Origin: Promethearchaeota archaeon
Lineage (GTDB): Archaea > Asgardarchaeota > Lokiarchaeia > Sigyniarchaeales > SOKP01
Direction: 5' to 3'
NCBI GenBank assembly: GCA_030599585.1
Contig: JAUVNS010000006.1
Span: forward strand, 160,001-224,000
Length of the DNA stretch: 64,000 bases
Positions 48,449 to 57,524 of this stretch are shown piece by piece. Position 1 is the first letter of the stretch. Every line of letters begins with the position of its first letter. A model generated the notes under the pieces. The model ran no database searches, was not told the DNA's origin, and saw only the letters and a list, made by a program, of their open reading frames with translations. The position numbers and the translations under genes are program-made.

Positions 48449-49152
48449 CTTCCTTCCTCCATTTTAATATATAAAATTTCTTGTAATTTTTCTTTTGCTA
48501 TATCTAACTCCTTCAATTCACGAATCAAGTAGATAAATAGTAGAGTCATAGCAATTAAGTTAAAAAATAGAATGAAAAGTTTAATAGAATCCCAATAAAT
48601 ATTTCCTGGTTCCCCGGGATTTGGATTTATGAGGGGATGTAAACTTGTGAAAAGAATTGCTGAGAGATAACTTAAAGGGACGGTCGGAAAAAAAACAATT
48701 CCTAAAATCGCAGAAAGTTTAGCCTTTTTCTCCCTTTCTTCGATAAAGTTTCTAAATATTAAATATGCGACATAGGAGAAGAATAATATGAGCGTTGTAG
48801 TTTGTCTGGCATCACTCCACTGCCAGTATATATTATTATATGAGCCCGAAGTCGCATTAAACCACAGTGACCCCGTTATTAACGTAAAGGCAACAAAAAA
48901 AACTCCAACTATTATGCTATTTTTTCCTAAATTACTCCAGTTCATCTTTTTTTGTTTAAGATATAATAGATGACCTATCAGGCTTACACCGAATGAAAAG
49001 TAAGACAACCAAGCAGCTGATACATGATAAAAAAATATTATATATATAATTCTTTGAAACGATGCTAAACCTAATATTAAGAATAAATTGAGTATTAATA
49101 ACATTAAAGAAACTATAAGAAGATATGAATTTTTTTTTAATTTATAATTCAA
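48445..49152 (-). CDS. ccmC: Heme exporter/lyase subunit CcmC
   Basis: FFYHVSAAW, TGSLW...YWQWSDARQTT (variant WWD) and SLHP. Confidence 0.87.
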   Translation of the reverse strand: MNYKLKKNSYLLIVSLMLLILNLFLILGLASFQRIIYIIFFYHVSAAWLSYFSFGVSLIGHLLYLKQKKMNWSNLGKNSIIVGVFFVAFTLITGSLWFNATSGSYNNIYWQWSDARQTTTLILFFSYVAYLIFRNFIEEREKKAKLSAILGIVFFPTVPLSYLSAILFTSLHPLINPNPGEPGNIYWDSIKLFILFFNLIAMTLLFIYLIRELKELDIAKEKLQEILYIKMEEGR

Positions 49153-49244
49153 TATTAGAAAACCTCACTTTTTTGGCTCTTGAGTTTGAATTCAGTCTAT
49201 TAGTAAAATTAAATCATGGAGCAAAATTGTAATATTCCAATTAG

Positions 49245-49808
49245 TTAGAAGTTACCACATCCATCGCATTTACCGTCAAGATAGGCTTCACAGTCAACGC
49301 AGATATTACCGCAATTGTGCTCATTACTTTCGTTGCTAAAAAGATTAAGGGGTAAATATTTTGGTCTGATAAAATCCGAACCGAAGATTAATGCTGAATG
49401 TAATAATCCTTTTTTATTAGTTGGGCCGCAATGATTTACATATCTGTGTAGGACATCTAAACTCTGTCCTATGATCCCCATTATTAAATTGTATTGTCCC
49501 GTGACTTGTGCTAACAAAAAAACTCTTGGACATTCAGAATAGGAGTTAACAATATTTCTTATTTCCTCATAATTGCCCCATTCCATGAGTATAAACAGTG
49601 TTTTATAATTTACTTTGTTAATATTGATATTACCTTGAACCTTAAGAATGCCTTTATTTTCTAACTTTGCAATTCTTTTAGCGATTCCGGTATGGCTCAT
49701 AGTTTCATCGTCTTTTTTGAAGATAATATCTTTTAAACTTGTTAAACTCTCTCGACCGCTTTTAAAGAGCGCTTTTACAATTTGTTTATCTACGTTATCA
49801 AATTCCAT
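49245..49808 (-). CDS. Lrp/AsnC-family regulator with a Cys-rich C-terminal tail
   Basis: DNVDKQIV..L...GR, KRIAKLE..GIL, VTGQYNL, and C-terminal CGNICVDC.....KCDGC. Confidence 0.85.
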   Translation of the reverse strand: MEFDNVDKQIVKALFKSGRESLTSLKDIIFKKDDETMSHTGIAKRIAKLENKGILKVQGNININKVNYKTLFILMEWGNYEEIRNIVNSYSECPRVFLLAQVTGQYNLIMGIIGQSLDVLHRYVNHCGPTNKKGLLHSALIFGSDFIRPKYLPLNLFSNESNEHNCGNICVDCEAYLDGKCDGCGNF

Positions 49809-50022
49809 AATTTAATTTTGTTTAAAACTTAGTTTAATTCCTTTGTGATTGTTTATTCTTGAATCATTTAATTAATTTTTCCTTAAATTTTAAAAATAAA
49901 TTCATAATCTACCTTTAAATACATCTAAAATTACAATTTATTAAGTTGAAGATTATACAAGGTCAAAACCCATCTAAACTCTTCTCTTCTTGTAGTGAAA
50001 ATTAAATTTTTTAGTGGGTTTC

Positions 50023-50961
50023 CTATTTAGAATAATGTTCTGATTCAGGATGTACTTCTTGTATAAATTTAAAATCAAAAATATCACTGCTTCTAAGATT
50101 TTCTTTAATATAGCCCAAATCTTTGAGTGTCCTCACGAATTCCATTGTGGATTTAACATATCCTTCTGAAAGAGCTATACAATATTTAGGTGAAATTTCT
50201 AAGACTGCTGAAACATAATTTTGAGTCAAGATCTCAAAAGTGGTTGATATAATTTCAGCAGCTCTGGTGGGAGATTCCCTAAGCATTAAAGAAGCGATCT
50301 TATTGTGATTTAAGAATTTTAATACTATTTCAGGCTCTTTTTCTATAATATCCTCATGAAAGAAGATTCCATAACTTGGATTATTCTTCCATAGAACTTC
50401 TGGAGGGATGATCAAGTGAGAATCAAAAATTGTTGAAGCGAAAACCGCTAAAGCTGGAGTTCCAACACCTCCTTCCAAAATTCCTTTTTGCATATCTGTA
50501 GCGATAAATTCTGCCTGTTTATAATGTTTTACTTCAACATCATCTAATAAATTATATTTTTTTAAATAAAAATTAAGAATTACATCATGGATCGATCCTT
50601 TACTTGGAACTCCAATAGTATATCCTTTAAATTGAGTAAAAGCTTCTGAGAGATCATTATTGAGGTAAGACATTGTTTTATATGCTTTGCTAGCTACCAT
50701 AATAGTCCCTTCTATGTGACCTCCCGCTACACACTTGATTGGAGCCCCCTTATCAATACCAATAATTGCAGGGGGTAATCCCATATAGCCAATATCTAAC
50801 TTCTTATTTTGAAATGCCTTAACCATTGCTGGACCTGTACCAAACAATTTCCATCGAAGATCTAGATTAAAATCATTAGTTAAGTCTTTTTTTCCCATTA
50901 ATATGAAATTCGCATGGTAGGCTGTAGAGAGATGCCCTATCCTTAATTTATTTTTTCTAAT
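50023..50961 (-). CDS. NitT/TauT (NMT1/THI5-like) substrate-binding-fold protein without signal peptide
   Basis: GTGPAMVKAF, DIGYMGLPPAI, GGHIEG and PSKGSIHDV. The frame is open upstream of ATG 50898 through RIGHLSTAYH to ATT 50961, so the start is uncertain. Confidence 0.78.
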   Translation of the reverse strand: MRKNKLRIGHLSTAYHANFILMGKKDLTNDFNLDLRWKLFGTGPAMVKAFQNKKLDIGYMGLPPAIIGIDKGAPIKCVAGGHIEGTIMVASKAYKTMSYLNNDLSEAFTQFKGYTIGVPSKGSIHDVILNFYLKKYNLLDDVEVKHYKQAEFIATDMQKGILEGGVGTPALAVFASTIFDSHLIIPPEVLWKNNPSYGIFFHEDIIEKEPEIVLKFLNHNKIASLMLRESPTRAAEIISTTFEILTQNYVSAVLEISPKYCIALSEGYVKSTMEFVRTLKDLGYIKENLRSSDIFDFKFIQEVHPESEHYSK

Positions 50962-51102
50962 TTAGAACACCGATTTGATTAATATGTAATCGCACTAAGA
51001 ATATTATATTTTCAATTTATAACCAAAATAATTAATTTATTATAATTTTTTTATGTTAATGAATATAATATTAATACTATAAAAAAAACTAACATTATCC
51101 AG

Positions 51103-51390
51103 ATGATTGATGTAAAAATAAATTTCTTATCGTTATTAGCGGATATAACTAAAATTAAAGAATTAAATATGTCAGTTCAAGACGACTCTACAATTAAAGA
51201 GATTTTAGAAAGACTAATTTCTAAATTTGGAAAGGATTTCGAAAGAAAGATATTAGATTCCCCGGATTCTTTAAGTAAATACATAATTTTAGGTTTAAAC
51301 GGTAAGGATATTCGTACACTTGAAAATTTAGATACAGTTGTCAGTCATCACGACGAAATCTTGCTTTTACCAGCAATAGCTGGAGGATAA
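51103..51390 (+). CDS. MoaD/ThiS/SAMP-family ubiquitin-like sulfur carrier
   Basis: LNGKDI...LDT.V...DEILLLPAIAGG with C-terminal GG. Confidence 0.92.
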   Translation: MIDVKINFLSLLADITKIKELNMSVQDDSTIKEILERLISKFGKDFERKILDSPDSLSKYIILGLNGKDIRTLENLDTVVSHHDEILLLPAIAGG

Positions 51391-51446
51391 ATAGAATCTG
51401 GTTAAGAGAGTATCTCACTTTTTGTTATCCTACATTTAATATCGAA

Positions 51447-52484
51447 CTATAGAAGGTAGGGTATTAAAAATTCTTGAGTTGCTTTTTCCACGGTTAAATG
51501 CTCATTTAGGAGATTAGATTCTCTACCATATATCACTTCTCCTCGCGGTTTTAAAGCATCTGAATATCTCAATGTCAATCTCGCAGCAAATTTTATTACG
51601 GCCGCTTCAATATTCCCCTGAATAAGTGTTATTGGTCCCTTTACATTGGAAGCTTCCATTACAATTTCATCTGTTCCCTTTAGATGAACTAAAAAATTAT
51701 TCTCTATCTCATTTCTTCCCACAATAATTTTAGCTCCATTAAATCTGAAGTGTCTACCATACTTTAGAAGTTTTACTCCTTCCATAGTAGGATTTTTACT
51801 AAATTTAAGATAATCTCTCATTCTGTTAGCAAATTCTTTTTCTGTAAGGAGACATCCTCCACATGCATTGTATTCGTTTAAAATTCCATGAGTTCTCGCG
51901 AGTTCTAACTGCTTTTTTCTACTCCTCCCTTGAATCCCTAATAGCTTTGATCTATCTATTAAGCCTTTTTCTTCTAAAATAGTTGGTTTTAACATTAGAG
52001 CAGATAAAGGCCTAAGCAATTTTCCTTTAAGATTTGATTCTTCCTCGATTATTCTTAACGCTTTAAGATTTTGAGACTTAGGTCTTTGATCTATGACTTC
52101 GCCAGTAAAAATGAAATCAGCATTAATTTTTTCAGCGAATAATTTTGCCTTCTTTAAAATGTAAATCCTACAATCAATACACGGATTCAAATTTTTTCCG
52201 TAGCCAAATTTAGGATTTCGAATTATTTCTAGGTAATCATCTTCTTTTTGTAGAAAATAGGTTTTTATTCCTAACTTATCGTAATAGAGATTTAATCCGC
52301 ATTCTGCGTTTTTATACGCCTTATCACAGATGCAAAACGGAGATTTAAAATTTAATCCAATCACTTCAATATTCTGTAACTTTAAAACCAAACAAGCAAT
52401 TAAACTATCTAAACCACCAGAAATCAGACCCAAACCAATAGGGGGATTATTTTTAATATCGTTCAAGATTTTGTTCACTGTCAT
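51447..52484 (-). CDS. PP-loop tRNA thiolase-like protein (ThiI/MnmA-related)
   Basis: GLISGGLDS, NPCIDCR, TGEVIDQRPKSQ, CGGCLLT and GRHFR. Confidence 0.8.
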   Translation of the reverse strand: MTVNKILNDIKNNPPIGLGLISGGLDSLIACLVLKLQNIEVIGLNFKSPFCICDKAYKNAECGLNLYYDKLGIKTYFLQKEDDYLEIIRNPKFGYGKNLNPCIDCRIYILKKAKLFAEKINADFIFTGEVIDQRPKSQNLKALRIIEEESNLKGKLLRPLSALMLKPTILEEKGLIDRSKLLGIQGRSRKKQLELARTHGILNEYNACGGCLLTEKEFANRMRDYLKFSKNPTMEGVKLLKYGRHFRFNGAKIIVGRNEIENNFLVHLKGTDEIVMEASNVKGPITLIQGNIEAAVIKFAARLTLRYSDALKPRGEVIYGRESNLLNEHLTVEKATQEFLIPYLL

Positions 52485-52748
52485 TCATAGCTTTTTCAAT
52501 ATCATTATCCATTCCGGTCTATCAGAATCGTGTTCCTTTATTTCTAATAATTCAGCAATATTTTGTCTTCTACAATTTTCGGGAACATTCTTGAGAGCCG
52601 CAGGGAAATCTAAATATACTTCTAGTATCTTACCCTTCTTTAGTTTTTCTAGCGCTAATTTAGTGTAAACAAATGTTAATGGACAAACTTTACCTCGAAT
52701 ATCTAATTGAGTGCTTTTTTTATAATACGGTTTATTTATACTAGTCAT
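52485..52748 (-). CDS. TusA/SirA-family sulfurtransferase
   Basis: LDIRGKVCPLT motif. Likely start ATG 52748, overlapping the stop of the MoeB-like gene. Confidence 0.88.
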   Translation of the reverse strand: MTSINKPYYKKSTQLDIRGKVCPLTFVYTKLALEKLKKGKILEVYLDFPAALKNVPENCRRQNIAELLEIKEHDSDRPEWIMILKKL

Positions 52749-53550
52749 TACAACCATCAAAGCCCCCATAATTTGATTCTTTAACTAAATCCTTAGCATC
52801 ATCCCCACAAGCCATGCATTTGTTATCTCTGTGTACCTCGATAGAATCAAAACTGTTTCTTAAAAGATCAACATACATTATTTGATTTGTTAGTAAATCG
52901 CCTATATTTAGTAAGCATTTCAGCGCTTCATTGGCTTCCAAGCAACCTAAAACTCCCGGAACGAAACCAATTACTCCCGCCTGAGAACACGACATACTTG
53001 AATCCCCCTCGGTAATATCACCGAACACGCACCTATAACACGAAGTCTTCTTTTCTGGAACAACAGTCATAATTTGTCCGTGGAATCTCAATACACCCGC
53101 AATCGTGAAAGGGATTTTTAAACTAATACATGTATCGTTTATAAGCATTTTGGTCGGAAGGTTATCAGAGCCTTCAATAACAAAATCCGAGTCTTTGAGT
53201 AATTCTTTTGAGTTTCTAGGCGTAATCGTATCGTTGATTATTTCAAGAGTACAATCGGGATTTAAAGAATTTAGTTTTTCTGAGGCACTCATAGTTTTCT
53301 TACTGTCAATATCCTTCGTAAAATGAAGTATTTGCCTATGTAAATTTGATATTTCAACAGTGTCGAAGTCTATTATTTGTAGAGTTCCAACACCCGCAGC
53401 AGCTAAATAGTAAGCCGCAGAGGATCCGAGAGCACCCAATCCGATTAACGAAACTTTGGAATTCAAAAGCTTCTTTTGTCCTATTCCTCCAACTTCCTTT
53501 AGCACAATCTGCCGTGAATACCTATTAATTTGTTCTTCAGTTAAATCCAT
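52741..53550 (-). CDS. ThiF/MoeB/UbaA-family E1-like adenylyltransferase
   Basis: RYSRQI, GLGALGS, DFDTVEISNLHRQ, CYRC, SCSQAGV and CMAC. Confidence 0.93.
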   Translation of the reverse strand: MDLTEEQINRYSRQIVLKEVGGIGQKKLLNSKVSLIGLGALGSSAAYYLAAAGVGTLQIIDFDTVEISNLHRQILHFTKDIDSKKTMSASEKLNSLNPDCTLEIINDTITPRNSKELLKDSDFVIEGSDNLPTKMLINDTCISLKIPFTIAGVLRFHGQIMTVVPEKKTSCYRCVFGDITEGDSSMSCSQAGVIGFVPGVLGCLEANEALKCLLNIGDLLTNQIMYVDLLRNSFDSIEVHRDNKCMACGDDAKDLVKESNYGGFDGCND

Positions 53551-53835
53551 TTGTGTTCATCTAAAAAAAATATCTAAGAGTCAAAATGTTTATGATTATA
53601 TTTAAAAAAAACTGCAATTATTACATTATTATTTATGGTAATTATACTATCTCGAAAAAATTAGCATGCTGTATGTACACCTCCAAGTATACAGAGGACC
53701 TGTATGTTCAGATAACCCTCTTAACTATTTATTCGTCTTTTTTGCTTAAACATAAGTTTAAATTAGCCGTACAGATTATTTAATTATATGAAAATTATGA
53801 TTAAAAATGCTCACATAATTAACTGGGTTTAGATA

Positions 53836-56673
53836 ATGGAAGTATTCTTAAAAAGAGCTGAAGGTTCTTTTAGAAAAAAAATAGGTGAAAACAAAACAAC
53901 CTCTATTTTAAACAATATAAAAAAATCTATCAACGAAATTCCAGCAAAATTCAGAAGAGTTTTTGCTTCAGAAATACCAAGATTCTTATTCACCTACTCA
54001 CAAGAGATTGAGGATGTATCACCAGCGATTACTCAGGGTGTTTTGATTCATATTTTCATATTTGCAGAGTCATTGAAATCTCTTGTTAATATGGATAGAA
54101 ATCAAGTAAATCATATGTTAATAAAAAGAAGTAATAGTTCAATGCGAAATCTTTCTGATTTATTAAATGCATTTGTCGAAAGAGCAAAAAATGGTGCTGA
54201 GATAGAGAATCTCGAAACATTTGAAGATTTATTGACATATATGGTTGGTGGAAATGCAGAGATAACTCAGTTAAGTGATGTTGAGTTGTTTATTAAGCGT
54301 GCTGAAAAAAATTTTTCAGAAAAATTAGGAGAAGATAAATCCCAAAAATACTCAGTAAAAATAAAGAAATCATTTGAAGAAATAGATGCATCTCATCGGG
54401 ATTATCTGAGCTCTGAAGTGTCAAAATATTTACTTACATTTTCACAACACCTTGATAGGTTATCGAATGAAACTTTAGAAGAAATATTAACTAATAGTTT
54501 AGTATTTTTAAGTTCAATAACAGATTTAGATGGAAAAAATAGAGATCAAATTAATCAAGAAATAAGAAAAAGAAGTGATAATGAAAGAGGATCTTTGCTA
54601 GATTTATTCAAAGCTTCTATTAAGGAAGCTAAAGAAAATAATTTATTAAATAATAGCAAAAATTTTAAAGATATTTTAACTTGTTTATTTGGAGAAGAGG
54701 AAGAACGTGTTCAATTTACAGATGTGGCAGCTTTTTTAAAAAGAACAGAAAAAAAGTATTCGCTTATTCTTGGACAAGATATGATTCGAATGCTTATGGA
54801 GGAACTATTAGATGCGTTTGATCAAATACCAGAACATCATAGAGCGTATCTTGGTTCGGATATAGCAAAATATTTATTTAAATATTCAGAAACAGCTTCA
54901 TATCATGAACCAGAAAAAGTTGAATTAGTATTTAATGGAGCTATCATGTTCGCCAATTCTTTAGTAGATATTGGTGATTTAAATAAAGCAGAGATTAATC
55001 AATTCATTATAAACAGATCTAATCATAAAATCCGTGGATTATTTGATTTATATCTAGCATTTCTGAAAAAAATTGAAATTCGTATGCCTTTTTCTTTAGT
55101 GCCCAATTTTGATGAAATTCTTGTTCATACGCTAGGGAGATATAGTGGTCCCAAAGATTTGGAACAAGGAGGGTTAATTCATGATTTATTGTCAGATCAT
55201 CATGAAGAAATTCCATTAGCGATCGAGCACTCAAATTGGGCTAAGGCTTTAATTGAAATAATCCCTCGTTATTTAGATATTCTTCCAAAGGCTGAAGGAG
55301 ATCGAGTATTAGACTTTTTATGGGAAAATAAATTTCCAGAGGAACAAATCGTCGAAAAATATAGATTAAAAATTTCTGAAATGCCAAGAGAAAAAGAAAA
55401 AAGATTCATGTTTAGATTAATGAATATGTTAACAAATCAAATTTTAATTGATATGGAGAAAGATAAAGTATTAGCAGGAGCTTTGGCTCTTAGAATCCTT
55501 GGAGGGATATTTGTAGAAATTTTTGGTGGACGGAATGCTCAAATAAGAGCAATTCGACTCAATCAATTATTAAAAGATAGAAAAGTTTCAAATATCGAAA
55601 ATAAGAAGAAAATTGATGAGCACATTAATAGAATACTTGAAGAAGATTTGAAGGCTATTCAAAAAAGAACTATGACAATAAACACTTTAATTCCTATATT
55701 AAGTAAAAAAAGATATTTTATTAAAACATACGATATCGTTACTAAAGATTTCCCAGAATTTATTGTAAAAATGATAACTGTTCGAGAGGAAGATAAGTTA
55801 AAGGATGTTGGTGATGAATATAAAAACCCAAGTGTTACAGGGGAGCTTATACCTCTTGTTAATAATTTTTTGATGGATCTTGATTTAGCAAGAAGATTTT
55901 ATAAAAAATATTTTGAAGAAATGTACAAAATAGCTTCTGATGCTCAAAAAAATATGTTATTTATTAGAAAATTCTTTAAATCATTAATAGAACTTAGTGA
56001 GAACATGGATGCTATTGAGTTTTTTGAAAGACCTATAGCAAATACAGAACATATAATTTATATTTCGTTATTAAAGTATTTGTTTGATTGTCTACCAGAG
56101 GTGTTTGAGATAACTCGAACCATTCTTGATGAACAAGAATATCAAAGAAGAATAATGAAATTAGATACTTATCTAAGTAATTGGAAATTAGAACAACTAA
56201 ATTTAGAAATTAGTGAAACTGAAAACAAAATTAAGGAATATGAAGGAATGGAAGAGTGGGATACAACAGATAAGTTAAGAAATTTAACTAAATTTCTTAA
56301 TCGGGATAAAAATGAGCTCAAATTCTATAAAATTATGTTTAAACTCCTTAATGAGATAGAGAAAAACGATAGAATTTTAAAAAAAAGATTAGATTTTTCG
56401 AAAAGTTTTTTGGAATATTCTAAATCATTAAAAAAGGTACATCCAAATCTTCCAGCAGCTTTACATGACTACTTAGAAAATTTTAATAATTTCACTATAG
56501 AAATAGATAAAATCATTGAAGAATTAAAAAAGAAAAGCACATCTGGTATTATCTCCCCTTTTGATTTTAGAGAGAGATATGAAATAGCAGAAATGTCAAA
56601 AAAAGAGTTATTATCCCTCTGTTCAAATGAAGATTTTATGAATCACATTAAATCCTTGTTGGAATTTCATTGA
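53836..56673 (+). CDS. Large helical hypothetical protein with three ~148-aa N-terminal repeats
   Basis: Repeats begin EVFLKRAE, ELFIKRAE and AAFLKRTE. Coiled-coil-like C-terminus. Confidence 0.8.
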   Translation: MEVFLKRAEGSFRKKIGENKTTSILNNIKKSINEIPAKFRRVFASEIPRFLFTYSQEIEDVSPAITQGVLIHIFIFAESLKSLVNMDRNQVNHMLIKRSNSSMRNLSDLLNAFVERAKNGAEIENLETFEDLLTYMVGGNAEITQLSDVELFIKRAEKNFSEKLGEDKSQKYSVKIKKSFEEIDASHRDYLSSEVSKYLLTFSQHLDRLSNETLEEILTNSLVFLSSITDLDGKNRDQINQEIRKRSDNERGSLLDLFKASIKEAKENNLLNNSKNFKDILTCLFGEEEERVQFTDVAAFLKRTEKKYSLILGQDMIRMLMEELLDAFDQIPEHHRAYLGSDIAKYLFKYSETASYHEPEKVELVFNGAIMFANSLVDIGDLNKAEINQFIINRSNHKIRGLFDLYLAFLKKIEIRMPFSLVPNFDEILVHTLGRYSGPKDLEQGGLIHDLLSDHHEEIPLAIEHSNWAKALIEIIPRYLDILPKAEGDRVLDFLWENKFPEEQIVEKYRLKISEMPREKEKRFMFRLMNMLTNQILIDMEKDKVLAGALALRILGGIFVEIFGGRNAQIRAIRLNQLLKDRKVSNIENKKKIDEHINRILEEDLKAIQKRTMTINTLIPILSKKRYFIKTYDIVTKDFPEFIVKMITVREEDKLKDVGDEYKNPSVTGELIPLVNNFLMDLDLARRFYKKYFEEMYKIASDAQKNMLFIRKFFKSLIELSENMDAIEFFERPIANTEHIIYISLLKYLFDCLPEVFEITRTILDEQEYQRRIMKLDTYLSNWKLEQLNLEISETENKIKEYEGMEEWDTTDKLRNLTKFLNRDKNELKFYKIMFKLLNEIEKNDRILKKRLDFSKSFLEYSKSLKKVHPNLPAALHDYLENFNNFTIEIDKIIEELKKKSTSGIISPFDFRERYEIAEMSKKELLSLCSNEDFMNHIKSLLEFH

Positions 56674-56674
56674 A

Positions 56675-57220
56675 CTATTTTCTTACCAATACTCCAATTT
56701 TCCCCCCAATTTTTTGCCTTGAGTTGCCTTCCGCTACATCAAATACATTTTCGTCAATGAGATCGTAAATTGAATGTTTTAGAGTAATTAAAGGTATTTT
56801 TTGAATTTCATTTATTTCAATTAACTCATCTATCGTAATAGATTCTCCTGGAGATATAAGAGACTTAATAAACTTCTTGATTTCAGCTAAATCTGTTGTA
56901 ACGGTTAAGATATCGCGGCCATTTTTTTTCATTACAGACACCTTCGATACGCTAATTTCTGACATCAAAAATTTGACCTGCTCTTCAATTAATTTAACTC
57001 TCCCTTTTAACTCTGAAATCACATCTTGGTTTGTCTTTTTCGGTGTGGATTTTTGCCCGTAATATTTTTGTACTAATCGATCAAGCCTCAGTTCTTCAAG
57101 ACCAGCGCTTTTGATTTTAGCAATCTTATCTGGTTTCTTATCTCTTTTGTTAAATTTGATTCCTATTTCCTTTGCCAATTTATCCAGTAAAGGAACGGTT
57201 AGATCGCTCACATTCGCCAT
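56675..57220 (-). CDS. Hypothetical protein (HeH/Rho-N-like N-terminus, coiled coil, winged-helix-like C-terminus)
   Basis: LTVPLLDKLAKEIGI...KK.DKI and GESITIDEL...LKHSIYDLIDENVF. Confidence 0.65.
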   Translation of the reverse strand: MANVSDLTVPLLDKLAKEIGIKFNKRDKKPDKIAKIKSAGLEELRLDRLVQKYYGQKSTPKKTNQDVISELKGRVKLIEEQVKFLMSEISVSKVSVMKKNGRDILTVTTDLAEIKKFIKSLISPGESITIDELIEINEIQKIPLITLKHSIYDLIDENVFDVAEGNSRQKIGGKIGVLVRK

Positions 57221-57524
57221 ACTAATTCATCCATCAAAATTTGGTGTTAGTAATATAATCTGGGTTTAGGGAGTTATTATTTAAAATCAAATCTCATATA
57301 TAACTTTTTAATCTCGATTTTAAAACTTTGATTCTTAAATTAATAAAATTGCAAAGAGATCAAACAAAATCTATTTCTACAACTTTCTTATAATCAAATT
57401 TAACAAGATTTATTATTAATGGTTGTTACATCAAAGGTGAAGAGTATGGATATAGTGAAATACTCTTTAAGTTTCAAAAAATAAGTTGAACAATAAATAA
57501 TTAGTAATAAAATGTGTATTTGAA

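Noticed and set aside
51103-53550. Ubl + E1 as a eukaryote-type ubiquitin operon
   Set aside because: The Ubl is MoaD/SAMP-like and its neighbours are TusA and a tRNA thiolase, with no E2 or JAB gene. A sulfur-relay role explains it better.
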